53,194 nt of DNA from an uncultured bacterium. GTDB lineage: Bacteria; Eisenbacteria; RBG-16-71-46; CAIMUX01; VGJL01. Positions 1-8,506 of the stretch are shown here, one piece after another. Position 1 is the first letter of the stretch. Every line of letters begins with the position of its first letter. The position numbers and the translations under genes are program-made. Location of the stretch: positions 32,416 to 85,609 of the forward strand of contig CAZNRY010000001.1 in assembly GCA_964575675.1 (NCBI GenBank), given 5' to 3'. The notes beneath the pieces are model-generated. The model saw nothing but the letters and a program-made list of their open reading frames with translations, was not told the origin of the DNA and searched no databases.

Positions 1-48
1 CCGGTGCACCGCGAGGAGCTGGTCGTCATCCTCGAGCGGGAAAAGTGA
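1..48 (+). CDS. 3' end of an unidentified upstream CDS (partial)
   Basis: Frame 1 reads PVHREELVVILEREK, then TGA at 46-48. The stop overlaps the GTG start of the next gene (GTGA at 45-48). Too short to assign a family. Confidence 0.3.
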   Translation, partial: PVHREELVVILEREK

Positions 49-2072
49 TCTCGCCGCGCGCGGTTCTCTCCCTTCTTTTCTGCCTCCTTGCCGGCGCCGT
101 CGCCCGAGATGCGCAGGGCGGCCCGCCGTTTCGCGATCCGGTGGCGGACGGCTACATCGAGACGCAGAGCGGGATCACCAATCTCTACAGCCAGGAGATG
201 CTGCTCCGCTGCGTGGGGGATGGGGGATCGGAAGGTCTCTCCATCGACCTGTCGCGCGAGCGCAGACTGCTCGACGGGACCGTGGTCGACCCATCACGAA
301 TCGCAGGACGAGCCTGGGTTGCCCCGTATCCATTCGCCGGATCTGCGACCCGGTGGGACGTCTATCAGTTCCTGGCCGCCTCCGCTATCCGAGAGGGCCG
401 CGCGACACTTTCGATTGCGAGGCTGCGCAACGAGAGCGACACGGGATGGGAACGGCGCGGTCAGATCGTCGTCCGCCTCGAGCTCAGTCTTGCGCTCGAT
501 GGACCGGACCGCCCGCTCGGCACCTACGAATTCCTCGTGGGCTTCGCCAAGGATGGCGAGACCTATCGGAAGGGCGTCACCGTCACAGAAGGTCCGTTCG
601 TTGGATTGATCCAAAGCGACTCGCCCGACCGGATCGCGATCGCCCTGCGCACGGAACCGGAAGCTCCGGTCGTTGTCGAGGTGCGGCGCGTGGACGGAGC
701 GGAGGGAGCCACCCGCACGATCCGTCGTTTCGAGAGCGCGGCCGCGCGCAAGCACGAGATCCTATTGACCGGGCTCACTCCAGACACCGACTACAGCTAC
801 CGGATCGAGACGGGGGGATGGATGAGCGGCGCCTACTCCTTCCGCACGGCTCCCCCGAAGGGAGAGGGGAGGGTCCGTTTCGCCTTCGCCGGCGACAGCC
901 GCCAGGGTGTGGGGGGTGGCGCGAAGGCGTTCATGGGGGTCGATGCGCTGATCCTCGAACGAGAGCTCCATGAAGCGTGGAGCAAAGGCGCCGCGTTCTG
1001 GATCCAGGGCGGAGATCTGGTGAACGGCTATACGACGGAAGTCGACGACTTCCGCGCGCAGTTGCGGGCGTTCAAGTGGGCCGCTTCCTCCTTCCTTCAC
1101 GAGAGGCCGATCTACGCGGGCGTGGGGAACCACGACGCCGTGATCCGCTCCTTCGAGAAGGGGTCGGCGGCAAGCGGTTCCGATGAAGAGATCGTCTTGG
1201 ACCGGTGGCCCTACGAGAGCGAGAGTTCCGAGGCGATCTTCGCCGACGAGTTCGTCCATCCCGAGAACGGGCCCGAGGTGACGGACCCGCGGCGCCCCAG
1301 CTATCGGGAGACGGTCTACTCGTTCCAATACGGGCCGGTGCGGATCGTGGTCCTGAACAACAACTACTGGGTCTCGACCGCGGCTGCCCAAGTCGGCGGC
1401 GCGCCGGAAGGATGGTTCCTTCCCGATCAGATGGAGTGGCTCGAACGCGAGCTCGAGTCCGCCGACGCCGATCGAACGGTGAGCCACGTTCTTCTCTGCA
1501 TGCACGAGCCGGTCTTCCCGAACAGCGCGCACCTGGACGACGCGATGTGGTATTTCGGTGACGACCGCGTCCGCGGCTGGTCGGCCGATCCCGCCACCGG
1601 AGAACTGAAGCCGGACGGCGCGGGTTTGATCGAGATCCGAAACGACCTGGTCCGCATGGCGGCGCGGAGCCGGAAGGTCGTCGCGATCCTGACGAGCGAC
1701 GAGCACAGCTACAGCCGCATCCTGATCACGCCGGAGACTCCGGCAGGGGACCCGGCGCGCGACGATCGAGACGGCGACGGGAAGCTCGACGCAGACCCAC
1801 TCTCCGTCATCCCGGGACTGAGTCGCCCTGTCTGGTACATCATCAGCGGCGGCGGGGGCGCCCCGAACTACGCGGAAGAGAAGTCGCCCTGGAACGAGTG
1901 GTGGAAGGCGCATCCCGAAATGTGCCCGGCGGCCGAAGGGTGCTACCGGTTCTCGATGCTCTACCACTGGCTTCTCTTCGACGCGGACGAGAATGCAATC
2001 GCCCTCGAGGTCTATACGGATCGAGGAGATCTCATCGACCGCGTGGCGAATCTCGGCGCGGGCGGGCGTTAG
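45..2072 (+). CDS. secreted metallophosphoesterase, purple-acid-phosphatase-like
   Basis: 675-aa ORF with a signal-like N-terminus (MISPRAVLSLLFCLLAGAVA). A PAP-type N-domain (TPDTDYSYRIE) precedes calcineurin-type motifs GDSRQG, GGDLVNG, GNHD, LCMHEPVFP and SGGGGAP. Confidence 0.8.
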   Translation: MISPRAVLSLLFCLLAGAVARDAQGGPPFRDPVADGYIETQSGITNLYSQEMLLRCVGDGGSEGLSIDLSRERRLLDGTVVDPSRIAGRAWVAPYPFAGSATRWDVYQFLAASAIREGRATLSIARLRNESDTGWERRGQIVVRLELSLALDGPDRPLGTYEFLVGFAKDGETYRKGVTVTEGPFVGLIQSDSPDRIAIALRTEPEAPVVVEVRRVDGAEGATRTIRRFESAAARKHEILLTGLTPDTDYSYRIETGGWMSGAYSFRTAPPKGEGRVRFAFAGDSRQGVGGGAKAFMGVDALILERELHEAWSKGAAFWIQGGDLVNGYTTEVDDFRAQLRAFKWAASSFLHERPIYAGVGNHDAVIRSFEKGSAASGSDEEIVLDRWPYESESSEAIFADEFVHPENGPEVTDPRRPSYRETVYSFQYGPVRIVVLNNNYWVSTAAAQVGGAPEGWFLPDQMEWLERELESADADRTVSHVLLCMHEPVFPNSAHLDDAMWYFGDDRVRGWSADPATGELKPDGAGLIEIRNDLVRMAARSRKVVAILTSDEHSYSRILITPETPAGDPARDDRDGDGKLDADPLSVIPGLSRPVWYIISGGGGAPNYAEEKSPWNEWWKAHPEMCPAAEGCYRFSMLYHWLLFDADENAIALEVYTDRGDLIDRVANLGAGGR

Positions 2073-2096
2073 TCGGATTCGAGTCCCGCGGTCCCC

Positions 2097-3512
2097 TCAA
2101 AAAGTGCTGCGCAGACGGAGAGATAGGCCGAGGGATCGGCCAACGCCGTTCCGATGACCCGCGGCGCCGGCTGATTCCGCCATCTGGGGAGCCAGTTCCA
2201 GATCCCATGACGGACCGCCGCCGACCTCCTCCGTTCCGGGCGCGACAAAGTGATAAGCGATGGCGAATCCGGTCGTCGCCCCTACCGAGCTCGCGATCAG
2301 ATAGGGGAAACCGCTATCGGTCTCCGGTTCGGCGAGCACCATGATCCCGAGTCCGAGGAGCCCCCCGCCCAACATGCCGACGTTCAGCATCACGCCCTCG
2401 GCGCCGGTCAGGTTCGTCTTCCGGGCGAGGCCCGTACCGTAGGCGAGACCCGCCACTCCTCCGGTCATGGCGCAGGCGGTGTAGGCCTTGTCCTGGTCGT
2501 CTTCTGGATCGAATGCGGAGGCTGCGGTGACACCGAGGAGGGCTCCGAGCGTCCCGGCGGCGCGAAAGAGGTACGAGTCGCCGCGCGTGAAGCGGCCATC
2601 GTCCGCGAGCAGGTGCCCGCCGAACATCCCGAGCCCCGCCCCCGCGAGCCCGATGCCGGCCGCCCCTCCATCCTTTGCCTCCGTGAGCGTGGCGGCTCCC
2701 GCGGCCAGGAGCATCCCCGCGTCGCCTCCGGCTCCGATCATCTCGGCGTGTCCCTTGGTCATTTGGGAGCGATCGGCGATCGTGTAGCCGACCACCCCCT
2801 CCGTCATGCTCGCGAGCCACGCGGCAGTGGTCAGGTCCCGGCCGTCCTCGTCTCCGCCGGAGAAGAGAATGTCGAGCATGATGCCGTGCGCGATTCCCCG
2901 CGTCGCCCCATAGAGCGCGAGCGTCGCGGAAGCGTCCGACACGTTGCGATCCCTCGTGAGAATGATCGGAAGGACCATAGTCGTGCCCGCGGTCAGCATG
3001 TAGAGCCCAACGACCTCCGAACCTCCCTTCGCGTTGAACGCGACCGGACAGGCCCAGCCGTAGAAGCCGAGCGAGAGGATCGTCGTGCCGACGAGCAGCT
3101 TGGTCCGGCCGCCGCGCTCTAGAACAGCTTGGGGAGCGCGGACCGCCACCGCGTCGGTGACCTTCTGCCGCAAGCTCTCGACCTCGGGGACGGTCATCGG
3201 CAGGCGGACCCTGCTGAGCTTGCCCTCCGGACCGTAGCCGATCTCGAGAACGAAGCTCGAGTCGGCGAGCCGGAAAAGACGCGCCTCGCGGAAATCGGGG
3301 TAGTCGGGAAAGAGCATGAGCTTGCGCTCGAGACGCAGATCGATCCGGTCGATCTTCCCCTCTGCGTCGATCGAAACGAGCGATTCCTGCGCGTGGCCCC
3401 TCGGTGCAAGGAAGGTCGAGAGGACGAGAACGAAGGCGACGATGAGCGGTGTTCGATGGCTCACGGGATCTCCCCCACCGGCCCGGCCGGGCCGTTCAGT
3501 CTTCCGGCGCAT
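2097..3512 (-). CDS. Gly/Ala-rich polytopic membrane protein, unknown function
   Basis: ORF 2097-3554 trimmed to ATG 3512 (MRRKTERPG...). It has a signal/anchor LIVAFVLVLSTFLAPRGHAQE, a soluble N-domain of about 110 aa, then many glycine-zipper-like hydrophobic segments (GLAGAGLGMFGG, GMLGGGLLGLGIMVLA). No family recognised. Confidence 0.55.
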   Translation of the reverse strand: MRRKTERPGRAGGGDPVSHRTPLIVAFVLVLSTFLAPRGHAQESLVSIDAEGKIDRIDLRLERKLMLFPDYPDFREARLFRLADSSFVLEIGYGPEGKLSRVRLPMTVPEVESLRQKVTDAVAVRAPQAVLERGGRTKLLVGTTILSLGFYGWACPVAFNAKGGSEVVGLYMLTAGTTMVLPIILTRDRNVSDASATLALYGATRGIAHGIMLDILFSGGDEDGRDLTTAAWLASMTEGVVGYTIADRSQMTKGHAEMIGAGGDAGMLLAAGAATLTEAKDGGAAGIGLAGAGLGMFGGHLLADDGRFTRGDSYLFRAAGTLGALLGVTAASAFDPEDDQDKAYTACAMTGGVAGLAYGTGLARKTNLTGAEGVMLNVGMLGGGLLGLGIMVLAEPETDSGFPYLIASSVGATTGFAIAYHFVAPGTEEVGGGPSWDLELAPQMAESAGAAGHRNGVGRSLGLSLRLRSTF

Positions 3513-3561
3513 CCGCGAAGCCGGCTCCGCCTCGATGACGGCGCCCGGAAGCATGCTTGGC

Positions 3562-4563
3562 TTACCCCGGCGTCTCCTCGGGGCGCCGGGCCGATACGAC
3601 CATCGTGTGGCTCCGTCCGAGCAGGGCGGCGGCGCGATCCCCCGCCCAGAACAAGGGCAGGAGGAATCCTGTGTAGAGGACCTTCTTCACGCGGCGGCCG
3701 CCCGGTCTCGCATGGAGGGCGCGTTCGGTCCTCTCCTGCAGCTCCGACATCGCCACCCTGCTCACGTGGTCGATGCGGATCTCCGTGAACCCCTCCTTCT
3801 CGAGAAGCCGCCGGATCGTTGAGGGCGTGTACGCGTACAGATGGCGGGGAATGTCCTCGCACGGATCGCCGCGGAAGAAGATCGAACGCTCGACGGCGGA
3901 GGCGTTGGGAACCGAGAAGAGCACCGATCCACGAGGGAGGAGGATGGCGCCTGCCCAGCGGAAGAAACCCACGGGGTCGGGCAGGTGCTCGAGCACGTTC
4001 CAGAGAACGACGAGATGCACGGAATCGTGAGCCGTTTCCGCGAAATCGCGCGGATGGTAGCATGGGAGCCCCAGGTTTTCCCGAATGTGGCGCGCCATCG
4101 ACTCGCTCCGCTCGATTCCCAGGCCATCGAATCCCTTCCGGCTCAAGGCCCACAGGAACTGCCCGGTCGAGGGGCCGTATTCGATGAAGCGGCCTCCAGG
4201 GGGGAGGAGGCGAACGGCGCGGCCGACCTTCTCCCGGATGATCCGATCCGCTCGTGATGGGTAGAGCCTGCGGAGGATGCCTCCCTCTCGGGCGCGTTCC
4301 TTGGGGCGATGGGAGTAATAGGACTCGGGATAGAACGCCGCGAGGGCGGTTTCCGTCGGCCGCGGATTCAGATAGCGAAGGCCGCAGCGGCCGCATTCCA
4401 CGAGGTCGAACTCGTCACGCGGCGTAGTTTCGTAGCGGAGGTCGCGGCTCCGGAAGAGCGGGTGCGGGGAGTTCCCTCCGCAGAGGGCGCACGGGACCGT
4501 TTCGGTCTCCACGGAGAACGAGGCGCTGCCGCTGGATTCCGTGCTGCCGTCCGCGCTACCCAT
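3562..4563 (-). CDS. class I SAM-dependent methyltransferase with N-terminal zinc ribbon
   Basis: CALCGG...CGRCG zinc ribbon followed by a methyltransferase fold (FIEYGPSTGQF, VVLWNVLEHLPDP). Start set at ATG 4563, preceded by GGAGGAGGAAGG. GTG 4593 is the alternative. Confidence 0.8.
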   Translation of the reverse strand: MGSADGSTESSGSASFSVETETVPCALCGGNSPHPLFRSRDLRYETTPRDEFDLVECGRCGLRYLNPRPTETALAAFYPESYYSHRPKERAREGGILRRLYPSRADRIIREKVGRAVRLLPPGGRFIEYGPSTGQFLWALSRKGFDGLGIERSESMARHIRENLGLPCYHPRDFAETAHDSVHLVVLWNVLEHLPDPVGFFRWAGAILLPRGSVLFSVPNASAVERSIFFRGDPCEDIPRHLYAYTPSTIRRLLEKEGFTEIRIDHVSRVAMSELQERTERALHARPGGRRVKKVLYTGFLLPLFWAGDRAAALLGRSHTMVVSARRPEETPG

Positions 4564-4698
4564 TCGCGATTCCTTCCTCCTCCGCGAGGTCACGGTCCAT
4601 GCCGGGACGGTTTCCCGCGCAGCAGCTTACCACAGCCGGGGATCCCGTTCCGTGCCGGAAAGCCCGCCGGTCACGCGCCACGCCTGCAGCGCCGGACA

Positions 4699-6096
4699 TT
4701 ACGGGCGCCCGATCCTCCGGATGATCGCCACCCCGAGCTGCCAGCCCTGCGAGAATCGCTGCGAGACCTGATCCCCGGCGAGACCGAGCAGGACGCCGAA
4801 TGGCCGGGCGCGCTCCTCGCGCAGCGCCAGGGCGAGCGGCAGGAGGGCGAGCCTCGCCGCGGCCGAGAGGAGGAAGAGCACGTGGAAGTTCAGGACCGCC
4901 AGGCCGAGGACGACGAGGCGCATCTCCCCGAGACGCGAGGCGATCAACCCGCCCGCCAGCGATGCCAGAAACGTCGAGACCCCGACGACCATGCTGTGCA
5001 TTCCCAGGTAGGCGGTTCGGTTTTCCTCCGGGGCTGTCGCCAGGACGAGGTTGAACAGGGCGAGCGTGAACCCCGGCCAGCAGAGTCCGGTCAACGCGGC
5101 GTCGATCCAAATGGGGAACAGCCGTCCCGGGCCCGCGAGAAGCCACAGGAGTGGAAGGTAGGACACCCCCAAGAGGTTCACGACGAGGACCGGGCGGTTT
5201 CCGACGCGGTCGATCACCTTTCCCCACAAGGGCAGCGTTCCGAGATTGAGGATTCCGGCGACGATCGAGTAGAACGCGATCGCCGAGAACGACATCCCGA
5301 GGTTCTTGATCATGTGCGGGGCGAAGAACGGCCCGGCGATCCCCGTCGCCGCAGACCAGAGCGTCAGGAAGAGGAGGAGTCGCCGGAAGCGCCGGTCGCC
5401 GAATGGCCGCTTCATCGTCTCGGCGAGGGGGATCGGGCGCTCGCCGCGGAGCGGGGGCTCCCACTGCCGGCCGAGGACGAGACCAGCGAGCGCGGCGAAG
5501 AAGACTGCGACGCCGATGATCACGGCCAGGCCGCCCGCGCTGGCGCCCCGCAACACGAAGCGGTCGAAGGTCCATCCGGCGCCGTAGGTCACTGCCATTC
5601 CGACCGCCCCCAGGATAGTGTTGCGGATGCCGAAGTAGCGGCCGCGCCGCTCGATGCCGACCAGATCGGTCATCCATGACAGCCAGGCGGTCCCCGAGAG
5701 GTTGACCAGGGTGTTGGCGACGGTAACGGTCGCGAAGAAAAGAACGAGCTGCGCTGGAAGCGGAAGGCCGATGAACGGCAGGACGCAGAGCAGGCCCCAC
5801 AAGAGGCGTCCCGTGACGGAAGAGGCGATCGCGAGCGCCTTCCTCCGTCCGAGGATCCCCACCCACCTCGCGCCGAGGAGTGATCCGACCGTCGACAACG
5901 CCGTCAAGCCCGTCAGCAACCCGAGGTGAAAGTCGTCCGCGCTGAGCATCAGCGCGTAGGCGGTGACGAGCGAGCCGCCGGTGATCGCGATGTGGACCTG
6001 GGCGAACGATCCCTCGAGGATCGAGACCTTCTGGCTTCGTTGCGGCTCTCCGTGCGGGAACGGAGTGATGTCGGATACTTTGGCGGCGGGCGTCAC
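4699..6096 (-). CDS. MFS transporter
   Basis: Hydrophobic profile of about 12 TM segments with an MFS loop motif (GILGRRKALAIAS). ORF 4699-6201 overlaps the upstream gene, so the start is trimmed to GTG 6094-6096, which overlaps that gene's TGA (GTGA). Confidence 0.75.
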   Translation of the reverse strand: MTPAAKVSDITPFPHGEPQRSQKVSILEGSFAQVHIAITGGSLVTAYALMLSADDFHLGLLTGLTALSTVGSLLGARWVGILGRRKALAIASSVTGRLLWGLLCVLPFIGLPLPAQLVLFFATVTVANTLVNLSGTAWLSWMTDLVGIERRGRYFGIRNTILGAVGMAVTYGAGWTFDRFVLRGASAGGLAVIIGVAVFFAALAGLVLGRQWEPPLRGERPIPLAETMKRPFGDRRFRRLLLFLTLWSAATGIAGPFFAPHMIKNLGMSFSAIAFYSIVAGILNLGTLPLWGKVIDRVGNRPVLVVNLLGVSYLPLLWLLAGPGRLFPIWIDAALTGLCWPGFTLALFNLVLATAPEENRTAYLGMHSMVVGVSTFLASLAGGLIASRLGEMRLVVLGLAVLNFHVLFLLSAAARLALLPLALALREERARPFGVLLGLAGDQVSQRFSQGWQLGVAIIRRIGRP

Positions 6097-8321
6097 CGCA
6101 GCAGGGTCACCTTCTGGTAGGTGGCCGCGTTCACCGCTTCGAGCCGCACGAAATATACCCCGCTCTCGACCCTGTGCGATGCGGTGTCGGTCCCGTCCCA
6201 ATCCGTTTCGTTCATTCCGGGCAGGCCCGTTCCGTGGCGCAGCAGGCGGACGAGTCTTCCCTGCGCATCGACGATCGAGAGATGGATGTGCTCAGCCTCC
6301 GGAAGCTGGTACCGGATCCGCGTGCTTGATCGAAACGGATTGGGTGTTCCGCCGAGAACGACCGCAACCCCAGGGCTGGTGCTCGTGCCGCTCGAGCCGT
6401 CCTCAGCAGGCGGCGCGTCGCTGACCTCGGGCGTCCAGCGATAGACGTCCCCGTTGGGGGTCGTGGCGGCGAGGATCGTCCCGTCCTGGAGCTTCAAGAA
6501 GCGCAGGATCTCGTGCGCCCCGGAGAGGGATCCCTCCGCGGCCCAAGTTTGCCCTTCGTCCGCTGAGCTGCATGCGACGAGATCCGGACCCGGTTGATAG
6601 CCGATCAAGAGCCGATGATCCTCAGCTTCGACGACGTCATAGACGCGCACGGCATGGACCGGGCCGATCATCACCCGGCTGGTGGAATCCCATGTCGCGC
6701 CGCTGTTGACGCTGCGGAAGACATACCCTCCGTTCGCGTGGACCCAACCCGTGCACCAGATCACCCCGCCCTCGGTTTCGAGGTACGACTCGATGCTGGA
6801 GACATGGGTTCCGAATGAGGCCGGGAGGCTCTGCGCCGTCCACGTGAGCCCGCCGTCGATCGACCGGTTCGGACGGCCCCAACCGCCCGCGAAGAGGGCG
6901 CCGTCCGCCGCCTCGAAGAGGGTCGCGACACCGTTGGATATACCGGCGGGCGTGCCGAGCTGGCTCCAGGTCGTTCCCTGATCCGCCGTCGCATAGATCT
7001 GGCAGACCGGGGACGTCCCGGCGAGAATTCGCCCATCCGACGTTTCCAGTAGGGCCCGGACGGTCGTCAAGGCGGCGAGGTTGGCCGTGACCAGCCAGTG
7101 GTCGCCGCGGTCGGTCGAACGGAAGACGTCGCCGAGCGGGTAGGTGCCGGCGTAGATCGATCCGTCGCTCGCGGCGAGGAGCGAGTAAGCGATCATCGCA
7201 CCGGGGAGCGATCCGGTCGGCTCCCACGTCGCGCCAAGGTCGGCGGATCGGAATACCTTCGCTCCCGGCATCGTCGCCGCGTAAAGCGTGGCGTCGCGGT
7301 CGACGGCGAGGTCATAGACATTCCACGCGCCGGGGAGCTCGCCGGCCTTCGTCCAGGTGCCCGGCGCGGGAGAGACATCCCGAGGGGCGGGATCGGCGTT
7401 CAGATGGGCGACCCAGATGTCCTCGTCGCCGCGGCTCCCCTCGAATGCCTCCGAGCCGGTGTAGAAGTGGCTTCCGTCCCGATTGACGTATGGCGAGCAC
7501 GCCACCCGATCGGTGTTGATCGGCGCCCCCATGTTGACGGGGCCGCCCCACGCCGAACCGGTCCAGGTCGAGACCCAGATGTCGCCGCCGCCGTACCCTC
7601 CGGGACGAGGGCCGCCGAAATCGCTGAAGTAGAGCTTCGTCTTGTCGGCCGACAGAAACGGCCGCACCTCCGCTGCGGTCGTGTTCACCGGCGGACCGAT
7701 CGACCGCAGATTCGTCCACTGGAAGATCGAGGTTCCCCGGGTCGCGACCCAGATGTCCCGGTTGCGCACGAAGTAGATTTGCGAGAGGTCGCTCGCGATC
7801 GCGGGATCGGACCCCTGGAAGAGGCCGGTGATGGGACCGAACTGCCCCCCCGAGCGGATCGAGACGTAGACGAACCCCGCCCTCTCGAAGAAGAGGGTGT
7901 CGCCCGTCGCCGAGGTGCTCGGCCGCCGCTCCGGCGCCGGGGTGTTGATGTTCGGTCCGAGATTCGACCCCGGCCCCCAGACCCCGTTCACCGCGTCCCA
8001 CTGCGCCGCATAGATGTCCCAGTCGCCCTGGAACCCCGGCTTCGCCGGGCCGTTCAGGCCGTCCCAGATGATGTAGAAGAGTTCCGTCTCATCCGCGGTC
8101 AGCCACGGATTGCAGTCGGGATTGTAGGAGGAGTTCTCGGTGCTGATGAGGTGGCTGAATCCCGAGCGCTCGCCCGTGGGCGTCGAAAGGGCAGGGTCCT
8201 GCGCGAGGCAGGTGCCGGCGGGGCTCGTGCCGGGAGGTTTTCCGGGCTCGCAGGACCCGGCCGGTTGTGTTCCCGCGACCGACGCGAGCAATAGCCAGGC
8301 TCCGATGATGGAGAAGCGCAT
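6093..8321 (-). CDS. secreted PD40 (TolB-like) + BNR/Asp-box beta-propeller protein with T9SS/FlgD-Ig-type C-terminal domain
   Basis: Signal peptide MRFSIIGAWLLLASVAGTQP. PD40-like repeats (LYFSD..GGGDIWVSTW, IYFVRNRDIWVATR). Six SxDxGxTW Asp-boxes (SADLGATWEP, STDRGDHWL, TADQGTTWSQ, SIDGGLTWT, SVNSGATWD, SADEGQTWA). The last 86 aa are NPFRSSTRIRYQLP...GVYFVRLEA...KVTLLR. Confidence 0.8.
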   Translation of the reverse strand: MRFSIIGAWLLLASVAGTQPAGSCEPGKPPGTSPAGTCLAQDPALSTPTGERSGFSHLISTENSSYNPDCNPWLTADETELFYIIWDGLNGPAKPGFQGDWDIYAAQWDAVNGVWGPGSNLGPNINTPAPERRPSTSATGDTLFFERAGFVYVSIRSGGQFGPITGLFQGSDPAIASDLSQIYFVRNRDIWVATRGTSIFQWTNLRSIGPPVNTTAAEVRPFLSADKTKLYFSDFGGPRPGGYGGGDIWVSTWTGSAWGGPVNMGAPINTDRVACSPYVNRDGSHFYTGSEAFEGSRGDEDIWVAHLNADPAPRDVSPAPGTWTKAGELPGAWNVYDLAVDRDATLYAATMPGAKVFRSADLGATWEPTGSLPGAMIAYSLLAASDGSIYAGTYPLGDVFRSTDRGDHWLVTANLAALTTVRALLETSDGRILAGTSPVCQIYATADQGTTWSQLGTPAGISNGVATLFEAADGALFAGGWGRPNRSIDGGLTWTAQSLPASFGTHVSSIESYLETEGGVIWCTGWVHANGGYVFRSVNSGATWDSTSRVMIGPVHAVRVYDVVEAEDHRLLIGYQPGPDLVACSSADEGQTWAAEGSLSGAHEILRFLKLQDGTILAATTPNGDVYRWTPEVSDAPPAEDGSSGTSTSPGVAVVLGGTPNPFRSSTRIRYQLPEAEHIHLSIVDAQGRLVRLLRHGTGLPGMNETDWDGTDTASHRVESGVYFVRLEAVNAATYQKVTLLR

Positions 8322-8506
8322 GGTCAGCTACACCTCGCGGTCGAGTTCGGGGTGGAAGGATGCGCGGGCCGGCCGTCCGCTTCCGGCGGGCGTTCCGGCG
8401 ATCCGCCTGATGGACATTCGAGCAAAATCGATGATACCAGAATCCGCGGAAGGCGGCCAGTTGTGCTAGGATCTTCCGTTCGATGGATCCTCGAAGGAGG
8501 CAGTCA

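Noticed and set aside
2075-2086. GGATTCGAGTCC, which resembles a tRNA T-arm/loop (GGTTCGAGTCC), in the 24-nt gap between convergent genes. It could have been a tRNA-derived att remnant.
   Set aside because: The flanking bases cannot form the 5-bp T-stem (TCGGA versus CCCGC). There is no room for the rest of a tRNA, and no integrase is nearby.
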